The notes under the pieces were generated by a model. The model made no database searches. It had not been told where the DNA came from and was given only the letters and a program-made list of their open reading frames with translations. Below are positions 37,101-49,232 of a stretch of 64,000 bases of DNA, one piece after another. The DNA is from Macrostomum hystrix (taxonomy: Eukaryota; Animalia; Platyhelminthes), in NCBI GenBank assembly GCA_950097015.1, contig CATNEN010000029.1, positions 5,022,001 through 5,086,000 on the forward strand. The letters are read 5' to 3'. The translations under genes were made by a program, and so were the position numbers. How positions within the stretch are numbered: the first letter of the stretch is position 1; the number at the start of each line of letters is the position of its first letter.

Positions 37101-40100
37101 TTCACATTTCTTGTTATTTGTAATATCAAATGAATACTTGACGCCCTGATCATTACCCATATTTTATGAGAGTTCTGTATGTAAGGTGACTCATTTTTAT
37201 CATAGATTTGACTGGTGTATGACTTTATTATACAAATTTGCTGTTGGTTTTATCATAGACCATTCAGTAGGCTTAACAAGTGAGCTGCAGAGAAGACCAG
37301 ACGATACAGATTTGACCATAGACAATTGGAAGTTTGACCATAGAGAAATAAGTCAGAGGCTCGTTAGAATCATTATTCTATGGCTATTCCTTAAGCGTTG
37401 TCCGAGCTGAACGAAAAAAGTTTAAGCTAAACCGTTTGACATGCTGAAGGAATGACTCATTTGTCAGAAGAAACTGTGTAACTAGTCCTAAAAAATAGAA
37501 CTGAAAAGCTCACACTCGAGCTGGGAACTGCAGAAGAGCTGCATCAGTCAGCTGGAAAATCCGTTAGTCACTAATGATTACCTCTCATTTGCAGAACAAG
37601 CTCTCAGTATAGCTACATACTGATAGCTTCCTTCACCGACCGTTACCTTTCTGAGAGCTTAACGAACAGGTCAGAAGGGGATGTACAGAATTAGACAGAT
37701 GGTCAGAGAGAAGGCAGTTAAAAAAGACTTCCATTACTAGCCATAGCTCTCCGGCTTAGCCCTAACTAAATTACAACTAGAAAAGACAAAAAAGATAAAT
37801 TACAATGTGCTTTTTAAAGAAGACTAGAATAAAGAAGACTAGAAAAACATTTCCGAAGTGAAAATGATACATCTGTAATACAGTAAGACAAAATCTCAAG
37901 CACTATCTCGAGATATTGCATGCACTTATCCAACATGAGCAGAAAGCAAATAAACTCACTTTGCTCACCCCACTGCACAGGGTAGAAAAGGAGCTGCAGC
38001 CACCCTGCATACCCACTGCAGCCACCCTGCATACCCCACTGCAGCCACCCTGCATACCCCACTGCAGCCACCCTGCATACCCCACTGCAGCCACCCTGCA
38101 TACCCCACTGCAGCCACCCTGCATACCCCACTGCAGCCAACCTGCATACCCCACTGCAGCCACCCTGCATACCCCACTGCAGCCACCCTGCATACCCCAC
38201 TGCAGCCAACCTGCATACCCCACTGCAGCCACCCTGCATACCCTAATGCAGCCACCCTGCATACCCCACTGCAGCCACCCTGCATACCCCACTGCAGCCA
38301 ACCTGCATACCCCACTGCAGCCACCCTGCATACCCTAATGCAGCCACCCTGCATACCCCAATGCAGCCACCCTGCATACCCCAATGCAGCCACCCCGCTT
38401 ACCCAATGCAGCCACCTAAATTACCCAACTGCAGCCACCCAACTTACCCCACTGCAGCCACCCTGCATTCCCCACTGAAGCCACCCCGCTTACCCAATGC
38501 AGCCACCCCGCTTACCCACTGCAGCCACCCAAATTACCCAACTGCAGCCACCCTGCATTCCCCACTGAAGCCACCCAAATTACCCAACTGCAGCCACCCA
38601 ACTTACCCAACTGCAGCCACCCTGCATTCCCACTGAAGCCACCCACATTACCCAACTGCAGCCACCCAACTTACCCAACTGCAGCCACCCTGCATTCCCC
38701 ACTGAAGCCACCCTGCATTCCCCACTGAAGCCACCCTGCATACCCCAATGCAGCCACCCTGCATTCCCCACTGAAGCCACCCTGCATACCCCAATGCAGC
38801 CACCCTGCATACCCCAATGCAGCCACCCTGCATACCCCAATGCAGCCAGCCAACTTACCCCACAGCAGCAACCCCGCATACCTCACTGCAGCCACACTCC
38901 ATACCTACTGCAGCCACCCCACCTACCCACTGCAGCCACCCTGCATACCCCACTGCATCCACCTTGGAAACACAATTGCTTACCACCTGTTGTCGCCTTG
39001 CAGTAAGGAAGCGGCCAAGGGCCTGCCGATTGCACTGGGCGTGGAAGCCTCGCTGCTTAGTGTGCGCCAGCGCCGCCTCCAGGCCAATGCTGTCAGCCAG
39101 GCCGCTTACGAGCGCCTCAGCAGCGGCCACCTGATTGGCGTACAGCTGTCGTGCCCGGTCCAAAGACTCATTGACGCCTTGCCTGACGGCGCCGATGCGC
39201 TGGGCGTGCATAGTCAGCCGGCCGCGGCCGTAGCGCATCTCCGGATTGGCCAAAACTTCGAAGCGGGCGCGAAGACGCGGCAACGCCGGCTCGTCTAATG
39301 CGCGCCGCAAATTAGCAAACAGAGGATGCTGCAGCGCGGCCAGCACCCGGCTCAGCGGCTCCAGGCGACCCAGCATGTGGTGCAGGTAGATGATGCGGTT
39401 AATGCGGGTGCGGGCGACGTTGACGGTTGGCGGCAGGCGGGAACGACGACGGCAGAGAGAATTGATGCAGTTGAAGTAGGAGAACTCGGCGAGCTCCGCG
39501 CGCAGCGACTTGTAAGAATGATTTTTGTAATTCAAGATGTGCAAATGCTCTACTAATAGTAGCCTCAGGCATGTTTAGAGACTGCAGTTTAACTTTTCAT
39601 ACGGTTTTCGAATTAGCTTTTGAGAATACCAGAAGATGCAAATGAGCTTCTCAGAACACGAGAAGACATATAATATTGTTACAGTAATTTTAAATGTAGG
39701 GGTGAGTGGCAGAGCGGTTAGCACGTTTGCCTCTCGCACCAAGGTCCCTGAGCTCGATTCCGCGACGAGGCCACATTCATTTGGGACGCAGCCGTGGAGA
39801 GAAGGCTTCAGGCCTGTCATGCGAATTAATCACTTGAGGGCCAACCTCCAAGACACAGTGAGAGTGAGAAAGTCAGGGCAGATGTACACACCTGTTTTGA
39901 GCGATGGACAGAATTGCCTCCTCGCTGGCTGCGGGTCAAGTGTCACTAAATGTGTGCCATAGCCCGCAGCCCTCCTGCAATCATTATTATTATTTTTTAA
40001 GTTCAAATGTATTTTATTACCTACAGCGCAAATCTCAAGTACTACTGTAATATCGCGATGGACTCTGACGAAAGCATGAGTAAACTAGTTTGACTGCTCG

Positions 40101-42526
40101 TATCAGTTACTCAGAGATAGCTATGAGCAACGGGTTTCACGATTGCAGTCACATTTTCGAAGATACCTGTGTGACCCAGTAAACTAGAGCATGCTCACCA
40201 ACCTGCAGAATAGTTGGACTCATTCTCAGCTCCTCAACACAGTCCTGCCTAGTCCGAATGGAATGTGCATCAGTTAGCGGCTGCAGCAGTGACATCCGGA
40301 GCAGGCGGGCCCCTCCGCCAGTCAGGGTATAGTTGAGCACAGAGAACAGATTGCCTCCGACTCGGCCGTCTAATGACTGAACTAGCTCTAGCTGACTGCA
40401 AGGAATAGCAAATACAAGTAATTAAATCGATGCTGCAACTGAGACTGATATATCCTCTAATTTCCTTAATACTTAGTTCTATTATAGAGGCCTTCGGGCA
40501 AGATAAACGCTGTCCACTTATCGTTCGCATTATCAACTCAATGGGATTGTTTTATCGCATTTTTGTCTATGGCTAAACCCTGTTCAACATGTAGCACAGC
40601 AGATGAACTAACTTTCAAAGCCTGTCCGACGTCAGCATCTTCGAAATATTCAGGCGATTCTTGGCCGTGGCACTGGTGGCACTGGTGACAAGGGCAACTA
40701 ACTAATATTAAACCACTATAGCGAAAGCATTGGTTTAATAATAAATATACTTTATATTATATAATCAACAATAATAGCCAAAATGATTATACTATTAAAC
40801 TTTGTGAGCACATGTTTTCTAATTCTGTAAGTTATTTCAGCGGATCATCGGATTTTCATGGCGATTGGTTGAATCAGAAAAGATGGAAAACATGTAAGTA
40901 TTTGAAATACCCTGTAGTATTTCTATTGTTAAGCAAAGAAGAGAATCGTTTGCGGTATATGAGAAACAATTTGACAAGCAGATTAGAAGTTAAAATACCG
41001 AGCAGTGCTGTAGTCCATAATGAGCGACGCCGAATGAGCATTGTAAGCTAACTGAACACTTTCATCGTCGAAGACAGTATCCAATTGCATCTCCGAGAAG
41101 CTTTCAAGCACTGCGCAGGAGTAAAATATGAAATTGCACACAGGCAGTTGCTGCAGGACCAGCCGACTGTCGGGATGGCAAACCCGGCGTACAAATGCTC
41201 TACCGTCAGCTTCGTTGAATAAGCTCCTTGGCGCCGAGACGATTCTACAATCGGGAAATTTGTCAGCTAGTAGGCGAAATAGTTCATAGACTTCTGAGTC
41301 GCACAGCGTGTCCGGCAGCAGTACAATCGACGGATCGAACCAGCACACCAGGCTGAGAGTCTTCTGATAGGCCAAGCAGTCCGTCAGCTTCACAATGTCC
41401 AACCGGTTGATCTCCAAGTCTAGCACGGCGATAGCCAGATCACGTGACCTGGTGCCCCGACCCTCGCTGATGGCCATACAGCGGGCCGGGTCCGACGGGC
41501 AGCGCCAATTCTGCTGGCTCTTGGACTCGGAGGAACGGCCTGCCATGGAATGGAGACAATTACGTCATCTCAGAGCAGTTAGATATCTTCTCAAATGGGA
41601 TAGAAAACTGTTAAAAGGACTAGAAGACTAGAAACCGTATGATTAAAGTGAGCAATTGCTGATGAGTAGATGTTTCTGTTGAGTCTGAGCAAATGCTCAG
41701 AGCTGACAAATATCTCGAAGTTTGAGCAACCGCTCACTTTTTGCATGAACAAAGATTTATCTCAAACTTCAAGCAAATTGCTCAGTCGCTTAGAACTATA
41801 GATATAGAATTGGTATGAAATCCCTTTCCTTTTCTTACCTTTCTTTCCCTTTCTGACGTGAGTCAATACTCAAGATGCGAGCGTTAGCTTTATTCTTACT
41901 GAATTTAGTCTTTCGTCAAGTTCGAGCAAAGGCTCAATTTATTGATATGGCCTAACATTATTCAGTGTTCAAGCAAAGTATTAGACCCGAATTTTATATT
42001 AGTGTACACATTTTGGATTTTTGAGCATTTTACCAACTCCATTTACTCTCGCCGCTTTCCAAAAGACATTAAAATTAATATGCTTCACGAGGAGAGTACA
42101 AAAACTAACTGCAACCCATTTATGATTTGTGACGCTCTAAACAAATGACAGAAACATTTTACCTGTACTAACTAATGGCGAAGTCATCACTTTGAAAACG
42201 TTGGAAGCTGCAGTGACGCCGACACCACCGATTCCCAGTTGCAAGGCCGCAGATGCGGGTGCAGGCAAATCAGAAAATCTGGCAGTAGCCGAGTTTTTCC
42301 GCTTGATTGTCCCCCTTTGACTGTAGCTTCGATGTGTAGCATCGGAGGCAGTTGCTGCTGTAGCAGCTGAGCGCAGCGCAGTCAAGTAGCTACTGTTGTT
42401 GTTGCTGCTACTGAGCTGACTGCTGTAATCATCAAGTTCCAGACTGCTGGCCCTATGTGCACCACGTAATAAGCTTTGAGTAGCAGAGGCAGCTGATGGT
42501 GCCCGGCAATTATGGTGCCGTTTCAT
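34108..42526 (-). CDS. MSH4: MSH4-like (MutS-gamma) protein with degenerate ATPase domain, ~911 aa, 6 exons
   Basis: Exons 42526-42163, 41539-40999, 40395-40203, 39508-38984, 35714-34801 and 34306-34108 total 2736 nt, open frame, GT-AG. MSH4-type motifs: MAISEGRG, RSLFNEADG, LELV...LFSVLNYTLTGGGARLLRMSLLQPL, RIIYLHHML, AVRQGVNESLDRARQLY, YTRPEFGDRLAVRCGRHP, LRQIGLLQVMAQAGSDVPA. Confidence 0.85.
34355..34730. repeat. Minisatellite, 30-bp unit GGGGATTTAGGGAACTGGGTTGAGCAGTTT (MSH4-like intron 5)
   Basis: About 12 copies. Confidence 0.93.
35838..36700. repeat. Minisatellite, 27-bp unit AGAGACACGGAATTACTGAC(A/G)GATATC, grading into ~30-bp variants
   Basis: Perfect to ~36290 with alternating A/G units, then degenerate. 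Confidence 0.93.
37985..38960. repeat. Minisatellite, 23-bp unit GCAGCCACCCTGCATACCCCACT
   Basis: Starts ~25 bp inside the intron from the MSH4-like exon 4 donor. Confidence 0.95.
39696..39997 (+). mobile_element. tRNA-derived SINE family 2, in MSH4-like intron 3
   Basis: A box TGGCAGAGCGG, B-box-like GAGCTCGATTCC, distinct body (ttgagggccaacctc...gagaaagtcagggcagatgtacacac) and an (ATT)n tail. Homologous copies at 57600-57957 and 325-460. Confidence 0.78.
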
Positions 42527-44778
42527 AGCTGAAATACCAAAGTACAAACTGCTGTCACTGCTGTTTTCCTAGCTTTCAATGAAAATTTTAGAACGATCTT
42601 AAATGTTACAAAAAGTTATAAGTTAATAATAATTTTTCTAAACTAAGTCACTGGAATAGCTAAAGTTTCGATATTTTGTATATCCTTGTATGGATTCCCT
42701 GCAAAATATATTCAAATGCTAGCAACTTAGACTTTGGATTAAAAAATGTAGACATAATTTCATATGTTGTATTTAGCTATATTTCTAACTAAAAGCAATA
42801 AATAAACTTATAAATACCTATACTACTATGAAAACTAAAAATACTTAGTGTTAGCAATCTAGGCTCAACACATTTTGTAAAAAAGAATATTAAGTTTTCA
42901 TTTTTCACTATAATTGCTTTGCTCCAGCTGCTTGACTACATTTTCTAATTTCCATAAAGGCTTAGTACAAGAATACAATCCAATTTGGTAACAGCCACTT
43001 CAGTAACAACTGCTTTGGCCATTTGAATGTCTTACAGTTATGATGTAATAACTTAACAGTAGTAAATTTTATCTAAGTTCTGCTATTATTAACTATTATT
43101 AAACTTTACACACAATAAATACAGTTTTATGCATTTTTCTTTTCTCTTCTTTCTGTCAATATTTGACTTTCAGTTTATTTACAAGCAAGATTTATATATT
43201 TTGCATATATGAAAAATACTTCACATGTACTAAAGCTTTTAGAATACTTTATTATTTCACAAATACTATACAAAACCAAAAAAATTGAAGAATAGAGAGT
43301 CAAATATAAAACATAGTATTATTGGGGACATCATCATATAACATGCATATATCTATTGTCAAAAAGGTATTAATTACATTAAATCTATAAAATGCTTAAT
43401 GACAATTAGTATTCTAGTGGCAAATAGTATAAATTCCTTAAAACTAATGTAAAATGCAAAAAAATTGTAGTACATTCACTACTAGATTTATTTCATGGTG
43501 AAGTTTGTAGCGCGACGTTTATTGTATTATATATATATTGCATTGCCGATTATAAATAGCATCTGAAAACTATTCAGTAATTAAAATCACTCAAACATAA
43601 GTAATAAAATAAAGCAACCAACCTGCTACTCCCAATCTACTCTAAGTGGTAAAACATTTTATTTTCATCCGCACCGGCGCAAACGTGTGTCTTACATTTT
43701 AAATTACTCTTTCGTTCACATTTAGCGTGAAGAAATAAACAAACAATACACTTCTTTTTTATTAAAAGTTTAAATCAAAGACGTTTGATAATAATTGTTT
43801 ATTATGATTTTTTCTGATGTTGATTTAATGCTAAATCTAACTTTGATAAGTAAACAGCTATTTTTAACTTTTGTCCTAATGATCGTGATAGATCAATATA
43901 TTTTCCAAGGAGCAGGTGCTACAGCTTGATCACATTGCGGAATAAAGGTAGAGAGTCTATTTTCTTTATTAATTTTATTTAGCAAGCATAATATTGGTTC
44001 ATGTAGCGTCCTATTTTGCATTCTAATGTATGTATCTCTGTTTAGAGTTTAAATGTCTTAACATTAAAGATCATCAAAAGTTCCGTTTGCTAAATTTGAC
44101 TAGCCTAGAACTAAGTAGAAATTACGATCTTGAGATATTTCATTCCATTTTAATTATTTTCTAGGTTATATAAACATTTTGGCGGAAAAGTTATTTTCTT
44201 AAAAGATTTTGAAATGGAAACGTAAAGATTGTACTAACTTTTCGGCTATTTGACTAAAAAAATTCTTTACTATCGAAATGTCAATCTGCTAACCTAAAAA
44301 TTATACAAAACAAATTAGCTAAGAAAAAAATTGAAGTTGAATTTATATTTTATAGACCTTAAATTAAAAGCTTTTGTGGATTATCAATACAAATTCGATT
44401 CTCGAATTGCTGGAACTTCCGCGCCTTTTGTATGGATGTCCAGAATTTTAGTGCCAGCCTGCAAATTCTGCCCAAGCAAGATAACTAAATTCCATGTATT
44501 CACATTGGAAAGGAAAGGTAAGAATGTGGCAGGCCTTGTTCGTTGTCAGTGTGAATAGAAGCTGGAAATACTATTTTAGCATAGTTTCTAGCACACCGTG
44601 TAAGAAAAATTTATCTAAAATCAATTTTGATTTATGAGTCACTGCGCGTCTTCGAGAATTTTTTAAATTTATTATTTAGGAGTGCTTTAATTGTCATTGT
44701 TTTTCTCTCGTGGAAATAACACATCTTGTTACATTTGTGTCTTTAATACATTTGCATTCAAATGCCTTGCAGCAAGTT

Positions 44779-47263
44779 ATGGCACCTCTTCGTTGGGGAA
44801 TCTGCGCCACTGGCAAGATCTCACAGGACTTTGTCAATGCTCTAGCATTGAGTCCAGAGAATCACACTGTTGTGGCTGTTGGTGCTCGGGATCCAAAAAA
44901 GGCGCAAGAATTTGCGGCTCGATTCGGCATCAAGACCGTTGTAGATACATGCGAGGCACTTGGCTCGTGCGAAGATGTTGGTGAGTTAAACTATTTGTGC
45001 AATGTTGGTTTTAAACCAATCTAAACCTTCGAAGAGCGCATACTACAGTCAGCTGTTAGTCTAAAGTGAACTGTATAGCTGCGTACTTTAACAATACTCA
45101 AACATTGCTTCCACATTATCCATTTCGCGCAAAGCCGATCGAGACTGAGTCGGCACGAAAACGAAGCGTGATTATAGAAGTTTGAGATCGAGTTCAAGTT
45201 GAAGCAATTGACTCACGTATATGAAAAATGTTTAACTCATGAATCACGCTCAATTACAAGGCGGTGGCGTGACTGCCCCTAATCTTATCACGTGTTTTCT
45301 TACCAATCCTGAGTTCGGGTCAATGCGTTGAACTATTTGCAGGCCACTAAGTGAAACAGATCTACATGTTTATCTAATACTCGCATTGCCTCTCTAAAGA
45401 CCTGAATTCTTATCACGATTTTGTGAGCCTCTACCACTATTATTCCTGTCTAAAAGTTCAACTAGCGTTATTGTGAACAATTTTAATCGAAAGTAAGTAT
45501 TGCAACAGTCGGTCGTTTGAATCTAACATTAGGCATGATCGAAGAATCAAGAATTAACGTTGCTTTTACAAGAAAACTACTAGCAGTAGTTTTCTCTTAA
45601 TTTCGACACCGCGCAGACGTAGTCTACATAGGCAGCCTCACCTACGTTCACTACGAGCAAGCGACTCACTATCTGAAGGCCGGCAAGCATGTGCTCTGCG
45701 AGAAGCCGATGACCCTGCTCCCAGAGCAGACCGCTGAGCTCATGGCCCTGGCCAAGTCTGTCAACCGCTTCCTCATGGTGGCCCTGTGGAGCCGCTTCTT
45801 TCCTGCTTACACTCGACTGCGTCAGGCTGTGACGAGCGGCGAGCTGGGCACCGTGCGGCTGGTGCAGGCCAACTTCTGTCTGCCTCAGCCTGAAGAGGTT
45901 CGCCTGCTGGAGAAGCGACTGGGAGGCGGCACACTGTTCGACTTCGGCGTCTACCTGGCCCACCTGGCCTGCTGGGTGTACGGCGGCGAGCGTCCGGTCT
46001 CCATCACGGCCGCCGGGCACCTCAATGACACTGGCGTTGACCGCAGCGGCAGCATGATTCTTAAGTGAGAGCGTTTCAGATATCTTTTTATAGTGCAAGT
46101 CAATAATTCTAAAACAGAAAACTATATTTATATATATACTTGTTAATTTCTACTATTGATAAAATTTATATAAAACATATATTTTTCTCAGATACTCCGA
46201 CAATCGTCTGGCCTCCCTAACTTGGAGTCTGGACTGCGGACCAGCCGCCACAGCCCATATCCTTGGCGATAAGGGTACTGCTACGGTGGGTCATTAATTT
46301 TATACAGCCTTTGAGAGTGTCTTGAAAATTGGTTTGGGGTGGAGTTGCAATTTAATATTTGGAGTAGATCCATAGCAAGCAATTCTGCCCATCTCGCTGG
46401 CTCTTGGAAACACGCTCAATGATACGAACGCAGGCACACATTCGCAGAGGGTCTAAATCTGCACGAGAAATTTTCATATTCTCAAGCATTGTACATGACT
46501 TTCAGAGCTCAGGGATGTGAAGCTATTGATCATGTGCATAAATATTGGGGACCTTGGGGAATCACTTAAATCTTTAAATTCCTATTTGCTACGTATCGTG
46601 TACGTATCGTTTGACGCTATTGGTCCAAAGCTGTCACGTGATAGACCCTTCTTCCAATAAAGACATCCGTTCTTGTATTGCTAATATTAAGAAAGGTGGG
46701 GAATTCTAAATTTGCGCATTTTTAGAACGTACTTATTTTACTTAAAGAATAGGGTACCATGTGGGACAATTTTATGTATGGTTCATTGACAATGCATGCT
46801 TCCAGCTCGGAGATTATGTTTGGTGCGCCACAAAGCTCACCATTAACGGTGAGCAGCTGCACTTCCCGACTCAGCCTGTACGCGAGGGAGAGAAGTTCAA
46901 CTTCTATGAGTGCGGTGGTCTCCTGTATGAAGCTGACCATGTCAAGGATTGCTTGGAAAAGGGTAAAGCATTGTTCATTTTGTACGGATTTAGACGGATT
47001 TGACGGATTTAGATTGTAGTTTATGAGCATTTTGGGCGGACAACGCAGGTGTAGTGGACTGCGAGATGACTTCCATTTTCGATCGACCGGTGCGGTGCGA
47101 TTATTGTACTCTCAGCTATTGCCAATCATGACTATGAACCGAAAATCTTGCAGGTCTAATTGAGAGTCCGATACTGCCCAACTCTGACTGCCAGCTGATT
47201 CACGACATCCTGGCCGAGGGGCACAAGCAGTTGGGCATTGACTACCACAATCTGAATGCCTGA
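44779..47263 (+). CDS. DHDH: Dimeric dihydrodiol dehydrogenase / D-xylose 1-dehydrogenase (Gfo/Idh/MocA family), copy 1, 336 aa
   Basis: Exons 44779-44980, 45617-46064, 46192-46285, 46806-46962 and 47154-47263 (1011 nt). Motifs LRWGI...G.IS.DF, VVAVGARD, HVLCEKP, WSRFFP, GGGTLFDFGVY, GVDRS, LYEADHV..CL..GLIESP. Confidence 0.93.
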
Positions 47264-48846
47264 ACAGCCCAATAGCCTCTAGGAGCCATGCTTGAGAAAC
47301 GACTTTAATTAATTATACTAACTTTTATCACTAAAATTATAAACTATATTAATATTCAGAACCGATCGAGAAAAAAGGCCGACAGTACTTCTATCTTTGC
47401 AGTAGTAATGTCAGGACTTTAAATTTCACGATACTTCCGATCACTCAAAAAGAAAAAATCTGCGATAGATTAATTTATTTGACATCTTGTATTTTTTCAT
47501 GGGACAGATTTCCTCAAAAAGTTTCTCGATCTGCTCCAACTTGTTTTTAGAGTAATTGCTATATTAGTCAACGAAATTTCGATCGAAACTTTTTGATTCG
47601 ACAAATACTTTAGCAATGACCATGCACTGCGCTTGCGGCAATCGCAAATCTGAACAATATTAAATACAAATATACTCGAATTTAGAATTACGACTTTGAA
47701 AAGATCGAAGCCACTTAACAAATAAATAATAATTTTCTTTCACTTAATGATCAGAATGAGTAGAAGATAATTGAGTAGATAATTGATATCGTATATATAA
47801 GTTGTCCATGATATAGCAGATAACTTTTTGAATCAAGTACACTAAGCGAAATAACAAGGAAATTATTGGTGTTATGCTGATAATGGTCGTTGCAATAGTA
47901 AAACACATGGCGCAATAAAGTTTTCCGGCTTGGAACGATAGCGCGATTTTAAATTGGCACTTTTTCTGGGAAGCATTATCATCTAATAATGTCATTATAA
48001 GCTAAGCTAATCTATGTATTATTTTTATGTAGCATTGTCACAATAAGATTTTCGATTTATAGCACTTCGAGTAGGCCTAGCCTTACAGCGTCAATTAGAC
48101 TAAGCCCAAAAATTATTTTTACATCTAATTATTTTCCAAATTAGACTCTTACATGAAATATTATTAGCACATTTGAGTGAGGAGGTACTGAAAAGACTGA
48201 ATTGAAAGATACAACTAAAAGATATTAGCTATCTGTTTGATTTCTAGCCTTCTGTCGGTGTACTGTTGTTTTTCTGTGTTAATTTATGTATATTCATCAT
48301 ACCTGTATACTTTAATTTACAGTGCCATTAAAATCATCACCTACTTTAAAAAAGTTTTTAGTTACTGTTTTACTGTTTAAAGATAAATTCAATCTCTTCA
48401 TTCACATCAGAGGGGATGGGTAGAAAAATAGGTGCCAGCATGTCAGCAATTGGGTACATGGACTGGTGGCTGGCACCCTATCCTAGACTAGTGGTATGCA
48501 GAATTTAGAAGTGTTAACTGTAGGCTCTGTAGCTATGCCACCAACTTACCCAACAGACCCATTTTATATGTTATCTCTAATGGTATAATGCAGCATTTAA
48601 TTAGCTTCATTAGCAATGCCATGCTACAGGGATACTTCACAATACTAAAGAGTTGAAAACAGGTATTCTAAAAATATTTATTCTTTTATAAATAAGCATA
48701 GAATTGAATCTTTCACTTTTTTTCCTAAGTGATCTAATGATTTAGTAAATAAAGCATTTATCTGTAAACAAATCTGAAACTTTAGAAATTGTACTTTTAA
48801 AATGTAAAAGCTTTTTACTTATTACTTATTACTTTTTACTGTGTAA

Positions 48847-49163
48847 TTAATAATAATTAATAATAATTGATTACACCTGCCCCAATTGGGTCAGATGTGC
48901 AGCCAACAGCACAGCCGCAGCTAATGCGCAGCGCATCTGAAGGCTGCGTACAGCTGTTCAGTCCACGGACTGGGGGGACGCCACACCCACCTTCAATTAT
49001 CCCAGCTGATGCTGGTACCCATTTAACAGCTGGGTGAACTGAAGCAATGCAGAGTTAAGTGTCTTGCTAAAGGACGCAAATTGTTCCGGTGGAGTCGGGA
49101 ATCGAACCCCCGACCTTCAAGTCGTGAGTCCGACGCCCTAACCACTAGGCTACAACCTCTACC
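48847..49163 (-). mobile_element. Full-length tRNA-derived CORE-like SINE (family 1) with 12-bp TSD
   Basis: Head with A box TAGTGGTTAGGGCG and B box GGTTCGATTCC. Central GTCCTTTAGCAAGACACTTAACTCTGCATTGCTTCAGTTCACCCAGCTGTTAAATGGG aligns by eye with the MIR CORE domain. (TTA)-rich tail. Direct repeat TTTACTGTGTAA at 48835-48846 and 49164-49175. Confidence 0.88.
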
Positions 49164-49232
49164 TTTACTGTGTAAATATAAAGGTACAGGTTATTAATCC
49201 GACACCCATTTGCTTTACATTTTCTTGCAGTA

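Noticed and set aside
39915-39972. GCCTCCTCGCTGGC, identical to the HDV ribozyme P3/L3 segment
   Set aside because: No upstream P1 or P2 partners or J1.1/4 GG. The following ggctgcggg pairs downstream instead, so the nested double pseudoknot cannot form.
41658-41720. Hammerhead-like CTGATGAG...CGAA
   Set aside because: The core ends CGAAG rather than CGAAA and no stems I/III with a cleavage triplet are evident. Kept only as a hairpin.
49085-49160. Possible tRNA genes (also 27187, 39696, 49628, 51607)
   Set aside because: They have A/B boxes but the anticodon and acceptor stems do not pair, and they continue into SINE bodies.
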